The position numbers and the translations under genes were made by a program. This document shows, in pieces, positions 11,917 to 24,184 of a DNA stretch of 64,000 nucleotides. The notes under the pieces are model-generated. The model was not told the origin of the DNA. It was given only the letters and a program-made list of their open reading frames with translations, and did no database searches. How positions within the stretch are numbered: the stretch's first letter is position 1; every line of letters starts with the position of its first letter. The DNA comes from Octopus vulgaris (lineage: Eukaryota). The stretch covers positions 51,770,001-51,834,000 of the forward strand of contig OX597832.1 in the NCBI GenBank assembly GCA_951406725.2, in the 5' to 3' direction.

Positions 11917-12300
11917 CATCATCATCATCATCATCATCGTTTAGCGTCCGCTTTCCATGCTAGCATGGGTTGGACGGTTCAACTGGGGTCTGGGAAGCCA
12001 GAAGGCTGTACCAGGCCCACTCTGATCTGGAAATGTTTCTACAGCTGGATGCCCTTCCTAACGCCAACCACTCCGTGAGTGTAGTGAGTGCTTTTACATG
12101 CCACTGGCACAGGTGCCAGGCGAGGCTGGCAACAGCCATGATCGGATGGTGCTTTTTACGTGCCACCAGCACGAGGCCAGTCGGGGCGGCGCTGGCAACA
12201 GCCACATTCGGATGGTTTTCTTACGTACCACCGGCACTGGTATCACAGCTGCAATTTCCATTGATGTTGATCGATTTCGATTTGGATTTTGATTTTATTT
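11917..12300 (-). mobile_element. RTE LINE 3' UTR (family C), 5'-truncated
   Basis: (GAT)n tail, GGTTGGCGTTAGGAAGGGCATCCAGCTG, repeat modules. Confidence 0.8.
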
Positions 12301-12774
12301 GCATCTAATGATGTACATTTGTTCTCCCTTTTGGGGCAAATGCATTGGTTGTTTAGAGAGTAGGACTTGTTCTTTGCAAGGCCTTTCCTCATTTTCAAAC
12401 ATATTAAAGTACAAGCATCACTTGATTTTGAACATCTTCATTATGAGTTAGACGCTACGTCTGGCTACGGCCTAACACTCGATGAAAGATCCCATGACGG
12501 AATTAAGGCATGTCAGCATGGGTGGCAAATCAATGAACACCTGCTACAAGAGGTGTCCATCATTGCCACAACTGCACAAACATATGCATCTCCATAGCAC
12601 ACACATGAAAAGCCACATCTGTGCTGCTCATGTTTAAGAGAATGATCAAACAATAAGCATTGCTTGAAATTGTCTTGCAGCCATCATTTATTCATTCATT
12701 CCTGTATGTTCATCTCCGTCTCTTTTTTTCATTTAGAGTAAATTTTGACTGACCACCTACATGGTAGCAGGGTT

Positions 12775-12991
12775 CTTTTACTCTTTTACTTGTTTCAGTC
12801 ATTTGACTGTGGCCATGCTGGAGCACTGCCTTTGGTCGCGCAAATCGCCCCCAGGACTTATTCTTTGTAAGCCTAGTATGTAGTCTATCGGTCTCTTTTG
12901 CCGAACTGCTAAGTTATGAAGGGACGTAAACACACCAGCATCGGTTATCAGATGTTGGGGACAGAAACACATACACACACATATACACACG

Positions 12992-13037
<46 letters not shown>

Positions 13038-13155
13038 TACATATATACAACATATGATGGGCTTCTTTCAGTTTCCGTCTACCAGATCCACTCACAAGGC
13101 TGAACCTGGAACCATGTGGTTGGTAAGCAAGCTACTTACCACACAGCCACTCCTA
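12775..13155 (-). mobile_element. SINE family A (internal deletion)
   Basis: Similarity to other copies. Confidence 0.85.
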
Positions 13156-13329
13156 GTGAACATAAGCATCTTTGTTAGTCATTCTTTAAATCGTAAGAAG
13201 GTCTTGCAGATTTTAATAATCCCTGATATCGTAATCATTTGTAGAGTACAGATTAAGGATTTGCTTTCTCTCCCTAACATCTCAAGGCCAGCCATACTTT
13301 GCTTCAGACAGGCCGGTATATATCCTGGT

Positions 13330-13586
13330 GCATGTATGTATGTATGTATGTATGTATGTATGTATGTATGTACGTATGTATGTATGTTTGTATGTATGTA
13401 TGTATGTATGTATGTATGTACGTATGTATGTTTGTATGTATGTTTGTATGTATGTATGTATGTATGTATGTACGTATGCATGTATGTATGTATGTATGTA
13501 TGAATGTATGTATGTACGTATGTATGTATGTTTGTATGTATGTATGTATGTATGTATGTATGTACGTATGTATGTATGTATGTATG

Positions 13587-13620
<34 letters not shown>

Positions 13621-14140
13621 TGTATGTATGTATGTACGTATGCATGTATGTATGTATGTATGAATGTATGTATGTATGTATGTACGTATGTATGTATGTT
13701 TGTATGTATGTATGTATGTATGTATGTATGCACATATGTATGTGTGTATGTATGTACGTATGTATGTACATATGTATGTGTGTGTGTATGCATGTATGTA
13801 TGTATGTATATATGTATGTATGCACATATGTATGTGTGTGTATGTATGCATGTATAAATGTATGCAGGTATGTACGTATATATGTTTGTATGTATGTATG
13901 TATGTATGTATGCACATATGTATGTGTGTATGTATATACGTATGTATATATGTACATATATATGTGTGTGTGTGTATGTACGTATGTATGTTTCTATGTA
14001 TGTATGTGTGCATGTATGTACGTATGTATGTACACATCTATGTATGTATGATTGTATGCATGTATGTATGTATGTGTGTATGTATGTACGTATGTATGTA
14101 CGTATGTATGTATGTATGTATGTGTGTATGTATGTATGTC
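13330..14140. repeat. Long (ATGT)n microsatellite
   Basis: About 800 bp of degenerate tetramer; source of the MYVC ORFs. Confidence 0.97.
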
Positions 14141-14493
14141 TGTTTGTCTATTTGTCTGTCTCTCTGTTTTTAACTTAGAGTAAATTTTCTTTGGTCCTCT
14201 ACTTGGTATCAAGGTTTTAAAGGTTAGCATCTTGTTTTGGTCATCATGCTTTAAGTCTTAAAAAGGTCTTGCAGACTTTTATAGTTATCATTTAGAGTGT
14301 ATGATTTAAGGGTTAATGCGTGTGTGTGTGTGTGTGTCCATGCTTATATGTTTGTAACAAAACAAAAGATATGGAAAAGAAAAATGATATGTTTTTAATT
14401 CCATGTTCAGATAGTGCTTTGTAAAACATCTTCATCTATGTAACTTCAAAATTTCTCCATTGTAATGTTTACACAAACATGAGTATATACAAA

Positions 14494-14850
14494 CATACAT
14501 GCATACATACATACATACATACATACGTACGTACATGCATGCATGCATGCATACATACATACATACATACATACATACATACATACATACATACATAAAT
14601 ACATACATACATACATACATACATACATACATAAATACATACATACATACATACATACATACATACATACATACATACATACATACATACATACATACAT
14701 ACATACATACATACATACATACATACATACATAAATACATACATTACATACATACATACATACATACATACATTACATACATTACATACATACATACATA
14801 CATACATGCATACATACATACATACATACATGCATGCATACATACATACA
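14494..14850. repeat. (ACAT)n microsatellite
   Basis: Direct inspection. Confidence 0.97.
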
Positions 14851-15003
14851 TGTACACATATACACATATGCAAACATGTATATATATATATATATATACA
14901 TACACAAATGTATGCTCATACAGATACATACAAATATACACTCATGTAGGTATATACAAATGGATACATCAGTATACACATCAGCCCAAACACACACACA
15001 CAA

Positions 15004-15040
<37 letters not shown>

Positions 15041-15306
15041 ACATGGATTATGACTCGTTATACACATGAAGGACCAAAGCACTTGCCTGAATGGGATTTC
15101 TTCTCTGAATATCTTCTGCTGTTCAGCTCCCTTGAGAGTTTCTTACCACCAGTGTATGTACCAGTGGCGTACGGTGGTAGTCGGATCGGACGTGCTGCAA
15201 CACCAAATGCCACGAAATTTTTTTGCAGGGTTATAACAGAAATTTCCCACCCCTTTCGTTGCTGTATTTATTTTGAGATGCTCTGTGTTTCTTTTAATTA
15301 CTTTAA

Positions 15307-15525
15307 CCCTTTAGCGTTCAGATTATTCTATCAAACATAATGCTTATTGATTCACATTGATTTGAATTAATCATGCATTATCTCATATCTTCAAGATCTT
15401 GATGGTGTAATTACTTAATGTAGAATAACATTGTAGGGCAGGTGTGAGGGCCTGGATCTGGTCAGTTTGAACATAAAACAGATTAAATATTTTGGCCGGA
15501 TATGGCCGGTTTAAATCCTAAAGGG
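15307..15525. mobile_element. piggyBac-like MITE
   Basis: TTAA|CCCTTTAG...CTAAAGGG|TTAA; related copies at ~25929-26109 and ~45248-45465. Confidence 0.75.
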
Positions 15526-15559
15526 TTAAATATAACAAAGAATTTAGTAGAATAACTTA

Positions 15560-15878
15560 GGTGTCTTCTACTATAGCCTCGGGCCGACCAAAGCCCTGTG
15601 AGTGGATTTGGTAGACGGAAACTGAAAGAAGCCCGCCGTATATATGTATATATATATATGAGTGTATGTGTGTCTGTGTTTGTCCCCCTAGCATTGCTTG
15701 ACAACCGATGCTGGTGTGTTTATGTCCCTGTTACTTAGCGGTTCGGCAAAAGAGACCGATAGAATAAGTACTGGGCTTACAATAGAATAAGTCCCGGGAT
15801 CGAATTGCTCGATTATAGGCGGTGCTCCAGCATGGCCGCAGTCAAATGACTGAAACAAGTAAAAGAGTAAAAAGAGTT
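15560..15878 (+). mobile_element. SINE family A, 5'-truncated
   Basis: Similarity to other copies. Confidence 0.9.
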
Positions 15879-16589
15879 ATCATTCAGCTAGTGTTAGGAA
15901 CATAAATTGTGACTAAAGCTTGGTGGAAGATTTTAAGTCAAAACTTATGAAAACAAGACAATTTATACTGAGAGCCAGAGCCGGTTTCAGCCGGGTTGGT
16001 ATCGAAAGGGTTAAGATTTGTGATAAAATTAATGAAGTAACGTTTATATTCATAATGAATTTGTCATTTTCGATGGGTGTACAGCACACACCTAGCACAC
16101 CTGGAATATACACCTCTGGCGTGTGTATGTGTGTGTGTGTGTGTGTGTATGTGTGTGTGTGTGTGTGTGTGTTGTGTTGTGTTGTGTTGTGTTTTAATGC
16201 ATTCACAAAATTTCTTTTAATTAGACAATTTTAATCTATTACGCCTTATATCAATCAAATTTCTTCTCATTTTATTATCAGAAATACTGATAACAAAATA
16301 TATATATTTTTTTTTTTATATAATCAGTAAAACAGGATATATTACAATTCTTTGTGGGTTTCCGTTAAATGATTTCTTTGTATTTTTCTTTTAAATTGCC
16401 AGTTTAGTTATAAGACAGAAAAAGATTTTGCTTTTTCTCAAAAAATATTTTTCTATTTTTTGCATATTACCCTTACCAAAACTTTACAATTAAACCGATT
16501 GTTTCTTTTTACAATGAAGACAACACGACAAAACATTCATTCAGAAATCTCTCTCTCTCTCTTTATACACGCACACATATATATTCTTT

Positions 16590-17020
16590 CTGGACTGTAG
16601 CTATGCTGGAGCACTGCCTTGAAGGGTTTTAGTTGAACAAACCAAACCCCAGGACTTATTTCTTAAGCCTAGTACTTAATCTATCAGTCTCTTTCGCAAA
16701 ACCGCTAAGTTACGGGGGATATAAACACACCATGACCAGCTGTCAAGTGGTGATTGGGGGGGGGGGGGACAAACACAAATGCACATAGATATACATATGT
16801 ATATATATAAATATATATATATCCATGTATGTATGTATAATGTATGTGTGTGTGAGAGACGATCTTCTTTCAGTTTCGGTCTACCAAATCCACTCATAGG
16901 GCTTTAGTCAGCCCTAAGCTATAGTGGAAGACACTTACCCAAGATGCCACAAATTGGGACTGAACCCAGAACCATGTGGTTGGGAAGCAAGCTTCTTACC
17001 ACACAGCCATGGTCGTGCCT
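16590..17020 (-). mobile_element. SINE family A, diverged
   Basis: Similarity to other copies. Confidence 0.8.
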
Positions 17021-17076
17021 ATATAATATATATATGTGTATATGTATATGTATATGTATGTGTATATATCTATATC

Positions 17077-17109
<33 letters not shown>

Positions 17110-17125
17110 TTGTATGTATGTGTAT

Positions 17126-17188
<63 letters not shown>

Positions 17189-17190
17189 TA

Positions 17191-18401
17191 TTGGGTTGGC
17201 AAGAAAGTAATTTTTCGTTTTCCACAAACAGATTGAGTTACAATTTTTTTAATGACTTTTGTCAATTTTTTTCCCTTTGGCATTTGATTGGTATTACTTA
17301 TAGTTTACTTTAGAAGCAAACTGCACATAATTTTGTTTACAGCTGTTAGTTCAGTGTCAATTTTAACATGGAGTGCAAAACCAAACATTTTCGCTATATC
17401 TTGCTTTTTTATTTCCGTAAAAGTAAGAAAGCAGCTGAGGCTCACAAAGCAATATGTGAAATTTATGTTGTTGATTACTTAACAAAACACTCATGTCAGA
17501 AATGGTCTAAAAAATTCCATTCTGGAGATTTTTCACTCAAAGGTGACCAATGTTCTGGTTAACATACTGCAGTTGATGTAGCCATAATTGAATCTGATTG
17601 TCATATAATTGTGCGAGAGATTGCAAAGAGGTTAAATATATCACACACAATTGAAAATCACTTAAAATGGACTCATTAGGAAGCTCAATATTAACACAAC
17701 AAATCAATATTTGTGATATGCATCTCAAATGCAATGAAACTGACCTTTTTTTTTAAATGAATCATTACTGGTGATGAAAAATGGATTGTCTACAATAACA
17801 TCAATCAAAAACGATCATGGTCCAAGCATAATGAACTAGCACAAATGACATTGAAAGCTGAATTGCATAAAAAAAAGACATGCTGTCAATTTGGTGGGAT
17901 TACAAAGGTGTTGTGTATTTTGAGCTGCTTCCAAGGAACCAAACAATCAATTCAGATGTTTACTGTCAATAACTAATGAAACTGGAGGACGCAATCAAAG
18001 AAAAACAGCCAGAATTGGCAAATCGTAAAGGAATCATATTCCACCATGACAACACTAGACCACACATGTCTTTCTTAACTTGTGAAAAATTATTGGAGCT
18101 TTGTTGGAAAGTGATGTCACATCCACCATATAGCCCTGACCTTGCACCATCAGATTACCATTTATTTTGAAATTTGCAAAATTCTTTGAATGGTAAAACT
18201 TTCAATAATGATGATGACCTGAAATCACACTTGCTTCAGTTTTTGACTGGTAAGGACCAGAAGTTCTATGAGTGCAGAATCATGAAGTTGCCAAAAAGAT
18301 AGCAAAAGGTCATCAAACAAAGTGGTTAAAGTTCATTCTTTGTATGAAAAAAAAATTACTTTTATTTCACAATAAATAATTGAAACTACTTTCTTGCCAA
18401 C

Positions 18402-18405
<4 letters not shown>
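17191..18405 (+). mobile_element. Near full-length decayed mariner, mellifera-subfamily-like
   Basis: TIR TTGGGTTGGCAAGAAAGTA with TA flanks; broken transposase from 17368: HFRYILLFYFRK, ITGDEKW, HHDNTRPH, HPPYSPDLAPSDYHLF. Confidence 0.92.
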
Positions 18406-18436
<31 letters not shown>

Positions 18437-18438
<2 letters not shown>

Positions 18439-18638
18439 CCGTGTGTGTATCGTTGGTGATTTTCTTCCTCCATCTTCCCTTCCTTGGATCTTTCTTTTTC
18501 CTATGTTTCTGATGAAGAGCTCCACTCAAAACATTAAATCCTCAATCTTTCTTTCCTTTCCTGAACGTCCAATAACACTATACTTGTTCCACGTCCTCGT
18601 GTTGTGTTTTCTCTTTGTGTTTTCATGTTTAGATTAAC
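18437..18638 (+). mobile_element. Hammerhead-bearing ~210-bp element (family H) within (TA)n
   Basis: Homologous to 21308-21515 and 34753-34965; decayed hammerhead at 18505-18539. Confidence 0.75.
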
Positions 18639-18655
18639 TATGTATATATATATAA

Positions 18656-18940
18656 ATATATGAAAAAACAAGTCGAGATAGAAAATGCTAAAATAATTTT
18701 ATAAAAACATTTCAGTACCGGTTTTGGTCATTTTGAGACCTTTTAAACTGTAACGATTAAATAATTAAATTTAGAAAACTTAAAAAGAAAAGTTTTTTAA
18801 AGGAATATTTTAAAGTTTTCTAAATTTAATTATTTAATCGTTACAGTTTAAAAGGTCTCAAAATGACCAAAACCGGTACTGAAATGTTTTTTATAAAATT
18901 ATTTTAGCATTTTCTATCTTGACTTTTTTTTTCATATATA
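18656..18940. repeat. Near-perfect palindrome with ~128-bp arms, probable inverted Penelope-type terminal repeat
   Basis: 18656-18783 is inverted to 18809-18940. Confidence 0.85.
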
Positions 18941-18997
18941 TCAACTCGTGTGTTCCTTTTCACCCTTATATATAAATATATATATATATATATAATG

Positions 18998-19137
18998 AAG
19001 GGCATCCAGCTGTAGAAACACTGCCACATCTGACTGGCCTGGTGCAGCCTTCGGGCTTCCCAGACCCCAGTTGAACCGTCCAACCCATGCTAGCATGGAA
19101 AGCGGACGTTAAACGATGATGATGATGATGATGATGA
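18998..19137 (+). mobile_element. RTE 3' end (family C)
   Basis: GGACGTTAAACGATGATGAT tail. Confidence 0.85.
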
Positions 19138-19152
19138 AACATTGTGTAGAAC

Positions 19153-19901
19153 ATATTGTATAAAGGATCGTGAGTAAGGCCAGAACAATTCAAAGTAAAT
19201 GCAAGGTAAATCACAAGAAAACAAATATATGAATTAATGTAGACTTACCTTGCATTCAATATTTTGGGGGTTATGACCCCATTTTCAAGAAATCAACGAA
19301 TGTTGCCAATGTGTACATGCACATGTGGAGTGGACATGTGCGGAAAGGTGTTGCTATAGCAATCAGCTAGCTTCCTGTTATTCTCTACTATTGTTGATAT
19401 TTGGTTTTCTTTGGTGTAATAGGATGGCCTCAGAGATTCTAAGATTGCCCCTGTCCTGATGTGTTGCCCTGATATGCACTGTGAAATCCTGCGTCTGGCA
19501 TTTCCGTAGATGTTTCTTCACGGAAGTGTCTGTCTGCATGTATTCCTTTATGCATATATGCAGTTTCCTTCTTGTGCTTCCCATATAGGCAGTGCCACAT
19601 TTGCCACAGATGATCTCGTATACAACATAGGTCCTCTGGCAAAATTCAGGGTCATTCATGGGGCAGTTCGATAAAGTGCACCCCTCGGAGTAGTGAGAAG
19701 TGTTGTTCTTGGACAGAGCTAGCTGGTTGCTATAGCAACACCTTTCTGCGCATGTCCACTCCACACATGCACATTGGCAACATTTGTTAATTTCTTGAAA
19801 ATTGGGTCATAACCCCTAAATATTGAATGCAAGGTAAGTCTACATTAATTCATATATTTGTTTTCTTGTGATTTGCCTTACATATGATCCTTTATACAAT
19901 A
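19153..19901 (-). mobile_element. Penelope-like element 3' fragment: GIY-YIG endonuclease between inverted pseudo-LTRs
   Basis: VVYEIICGKCGTAYMGST.RKL...H...C...LRISEAILLHQRKPNIN (stop at 19378); 19153-19372 is inverted to 19717-19901. Confidence 0.85.
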
Positions 19902-20305
19902 TATATGTGTGTGTGTGTGTATGTGTGTGTGTGTGTGAGTGTTTGTGTGTGTGTGTGTGTGTGTGTAGGTATTTGTGTGTGTGTGTGTGTATGATTAGTT
20001 ACAGGATTAACTAGACTCTAGGTGTATCAAGAAGTAGGATGGCAGGAGTGGCCTGGGTACTTAATATTGAGCTCACAGTAAGATAAAACTATCTTCAATT
20101 GTCAGTTGTTGGTAATATACTGTAAGGATCCAATACACACACACACACACACACATACGTAGGCTGACTAAGTTACTCTCTTGGGATGTGATTAAATTGA
20201 CCTTTATTTTTCAACAGTTTCCCCTGCAGATACAAAGATACACACATATACACATGCCCCAGCATGGCCACAGCTTCGAAGCTGAAACAGTTTAAAGGTT
20301 TATAT

Positions 20306-20824
20306 CAGGGGTTGCCAAACTTTAGCCACTTCTTCCTCCGCATCGACCCCCCCTTTAGCCAATTTTCTTTCTGCATCGACCGCCCTCTTCGTTTAAAATA
20401 TCCTAATACCCTACCCTACCATATCTTAAATGCATACCAGGTTCTGATGCTGGCAATTAAATTGTTTGCTAAAATACACAGGTATGACAAATTAAGAAAT
20501 TCTTTTGAAGATGACATATTTTTTACATTTAAAACTAAGTGTATGAATATACAATATTAAGCTTTCAATTTTTATGAAATTGTTTTCACATTTAGAAAAA
20601 GTGAAGAATGCATCATATCACTGGGATATATATTATTAAAACTGACAACATCAATGTGAGGGATAGGCATGGCGCTGACTAAGTATTTCAAGCAGTTCAT
20701 CTGGGTGATATGGTCTTTCGCAAGCCGACCCCCATTCGACCACTTGGCTATCATCGCCCCCCCACCACTGTAATTCCTTGCCAACCCCTAGGGGATCCTT
20801 CAGACCCCGCTTTAGCGACCCCTG
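20306..20824. mobile_element. hAT MITE
   Basis: CAGGGGTTGCCAAA...TTAGCGACCCCTG; TSD GTTTATAT/GTTTACAT. Confidence 0.75.
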
Positions 20825-20895
20825 GTTTACATATTTATATGACAAGCTTCCAAACAGTTTCCACCTCCCAAATTCCTTCATACATGTATACATAC

Positions 20896-20930
<35 letters not shown>

Positions 20931-21048
20931 GTTATATCCAAATATATGAAGTTAATCCAAACAAGAAAACAAAAAGACAACAACACAAGGATGTAGAACA
21001 AATAAAGTATTATTGGACGCTCAGGAAAAAAGGGAAGAAGGAGGGTTT
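20931..21048 (-). mobile_element. Family H 3' part
   Basis: GTTAATCCAAAC...TATTGGACGCTCAGGAA matches 21308-21392. Confidence 0.65.
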
Positions 21049-21058
21049 ATATTTATAT

Positions 21059-21092
<34 letters not shown>

Positions 21093-21216
21093 AGCCGAAA
21101 TTGCGAGGATGATCCGGTTCTTGACTGAAGATTGAAGGCTTCGAATGTCCCGTCCGTGTTTTTGTATCGTCTTCTAAATGTTTTGCATTCTTGTCCCAGG
21201 TAGTATTTTTTTACAT

Positions 21217-21307
<91 letters not shown>

Positions 21308-21311
<4 letters not shown>

Positions 21312-21515
21312 ATCCAAACATGAAAATACAAAGAGAAAACACAACAACGCGAGGACGTGGAACAAGTATAGTGTTATTGGACGCTCAGGAAAGAAAAGAA
21401 AGAAGGAAGATTTAACGTTTCGAGTGGGGCTCTTCGTCAGAAACATAGGAAAAGGAAAGATCCAAGGAAGGGAAGATGGAGAAAGAAAATCACCAACGAT
21501 ACTCACGCAGTCACA
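21308..21515 (-). mobile_element. Family H element with intact hammerhead core
   Basis: Homologous to 18437-18638. Confidence 0.8.
21410..21444 (-). ncRNA. Minimal type-I hammerhead ribozyme motif
   Basis: GTTT-CTGACGA-A-GAG CCCCA CTC-GAAA-CGT-T-AAAT: intact CUGANGA and GAAA, palindromic ACGU helix III. Confidence 0.65.
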
Positions 21516-22189
21516 TGGCAACTAAGTTCCCATCATGGTTTTAAATTTTGGAATCTATTTTCTTCAAGAATTCTATTTTTGAATCATTTTGGAATCTATT
21601 TTGTTTATTTTCAGTTAATTTTAGTTATTGTTATATTTTGGAATGGTCATTTTGCCAGTTTAGCCAATAAAAACACACGCACTATATATTTGGTGTTATT
21701 TTGCTTCAGTGTTATTTATTTTTACATTAATCTTAATCTTATTTCGGCCAGAGTTCTTTTGTCACACTCCTGTGACCGTATCAGTGGTCCTTTGTTTTCT
21801 TCTTTCTTATTTGTGTCTCTCTTTACTAACCGTCAGCCATTTTGTATTTCTATTGTATGTCTTCATTTGTGCATGCGTATATCTCTATGTGCGTCTATGT
21901 TTATTTAATGTGTGTGTGTGTGGGGAGAATGCCTGTAATATTTGTATCTTCTGTTTACATATGTTCATGTAATTTGTTTTTGTTGTTGTTGTTTTTGTTT
22001 ATTCTTATTTTGTTCATGTGCTTACATCCACTTATTATTATTATCATTACGTATGCTTGTATGTATGTATGTATGTATGTATAACAACAAATATATAACT
22101 TTAGTTAATTTTTATTTATTTTCAGATCCCACATGCTAATGTGAGGCAAAATGGTAGCTTGCCTTGTACTACATCATAAATTGATAACT

Positions 22190-22650
22190 GGAGTGGTGAT
22201 CTTCGAACGTGCGGGCCTCATGAGGCAATGACAAGTGACTGAGATCTTTGATGATATGCTGTGCTTGAGGAGACTCATCAAGCAAAGTGAGATTGTAGTC
22301 GTGGCTGATGCCGGTGTCATTGGGTGATATGTTGTGCTTGAGAAGACCTGTCAAGCCAAGAGAAGTCATAGCCATGGCTGATGTCAGTGCCAGTTGATTG
22401 GCACCCATGCAAGTGGCATGTATAAAGCACTATTTGAGCACGTAGTCAATGTCAGTGTCATGTCAGTATAAAAAGCACTCACTACATTCTTGGAGTGGTT
22501 GGCATTAAGAAGGGCATCCATCCATAGAAACCATGCCAAACCAGACTGGAACCAAGTGTAGTTCCCCGGCTCACTAGTTTTTCAGTCAAACCGTCCAACC
22601 CATGCCAGCATGAAAAACAGATGTTAAATGATGATGATGATGATGATGAA
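22190..22650 (+). mobile_element. RTE LINE: decayed ORF end plus family-C 3' UTR
   Basis: DLRT..EAMTSD..YAVLEETHQAK* runs into the family-C UTR and (GAT)n tail. Confidence 0.7.
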
Positions 22651-23244
22651 GAGCGGTGTAATGTGCATATCAACAAATACCACTTTTTTACACTTCGCTG
22701 ATCTCAAAATTACAAATTTGCTCACAAACACTAAAAAAAGATATGAAGTAAAATAGAAGATAATTTATACATTGTACATGGTCCATCAGATAATCCCCAA
22801 GAAATTTGCTGGAATATTTCAAATAAACGTGACATCTTTACCTAATTTATACTATGGATTAAACATGAGTATCTTCTGTCATAATCTCTTTATTTTCCTT
22901 TGCCCACTTTAAGCAAACATATTTGTATGACAATCATTATCTTTCAGATTTGTCTTTATCACCTACAAACCCTCATTGTCTATATGCATTCATGCATATG
23001 CTTGTGTGTTTGTCTCTCTCTTCTCTCTATATATGTATGTGTGTGTGTGTGTGTGTATTATTATTTCCTGCGTTACCTGTGGTTTTATGGGTTTTTTTCC
23101 ATAAGCAGTTCAATGAAGTTTCCTCCCTAGTGAGTAAGGAATGCTTATTATTAAAATTTCATTACTACTTCTTATTTGTTTGTTAAAACTGTTTCCACAC
23201 AAAGCCCTTGATCCAACACACACACATACATACACGTACACTTA

Positions 23245-23657
23245 ATGCGTTGTCCTGTACCATCATACCCATCATGGCTCCCCATCTGATAAGGGTATAC
23301 CCAGCACATTTCATTACAACCATATGTATATGACACAGTGACCTCATATCAAGATAAGTAATGCATGATTTTGCATGTGAGGCCCAGTTTGAATTTTCTT
23401 TCAGTCTAGCAGCCCATTCTGTTTCAAAAGTCCCTGAATAAGGGTTGTTTAAGGATAATGAATGAAACACCCACTTTTTCAGAGGTGAATTATTTAAGCC
23501 CCAACGAATTCCTCTCAACACATGGTTACCATGCTCCCCTACTAGTCCTGCTTGTGATCAGAGATATACATGTCACAAGACACTAAGAGACATGCTCAAC
23601 TGATTAAGGTCAAGCAACTGAGAAGCAAATCTGCAGTATCGAGCAGAATATTTACTG
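23245..23657 (-). mobile_element. Older partial copy of family E
   Basis: Similar to 24245-24640. Confidence 0.75.
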
Positions 23658-23660
23658 TGT

Positions 23661-24090
23661 AGGCTTAGGAGTGGCTGTGTGGTAAGTAGCTTGCTTACGA
23701 ACCACCTGGTTCCGGGTTCAGTCCCACTGCGTGGCACCTTGGGCAAGTGTCTTCTACTATAGCCTCAGGCTGACCAAAGCCTTGTGAGTGTATTTGGTAG
23801 ACGGAAACTGAAAGAAGCCCATCGTCTATATGTATATATATATATATATGTATGTATGTATGTGTGTGTGTGTGTATGTTTGTGTGTCTGTGTTCCTCCT
23901 CCCCCAACATCACTTGACAACCAATGCTGGTGTGTTTATGTGCCCGTAACCTAGCAGTTTGGCAAAAAGAGACTGATAGAATAAGTACTAGGCTTACAAA
24001 GAATAAGTCCTGGTGTTGATTTTCTCGACTAAAGGCGGTGCTCCAGCATGGCCACAGTCAAATGACTGAAACAAGAAAAAGAGTAAAGAG
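23661..24090 (+). mobile_element. SINE family A, full length
   Basis: A box TGGCTGTGTGG, B box GGTTCAGTCCC. Confidence 0.9.
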
Positions 24091-24184
24091 AGTCCCTCTT
24101 TTTACATCAAGACAGAATAAGTACATCTTAACATTTCCAATCTGGTACTGCATTAGGGTATTTATTATTATTATTATTATTATT

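Noticed and set aside
13179-15053. Long ORFs up to 251 aa (MYVC/HTYI repeats)
   Set aside because: Translations of stop-free (ATGT)n microsatellite
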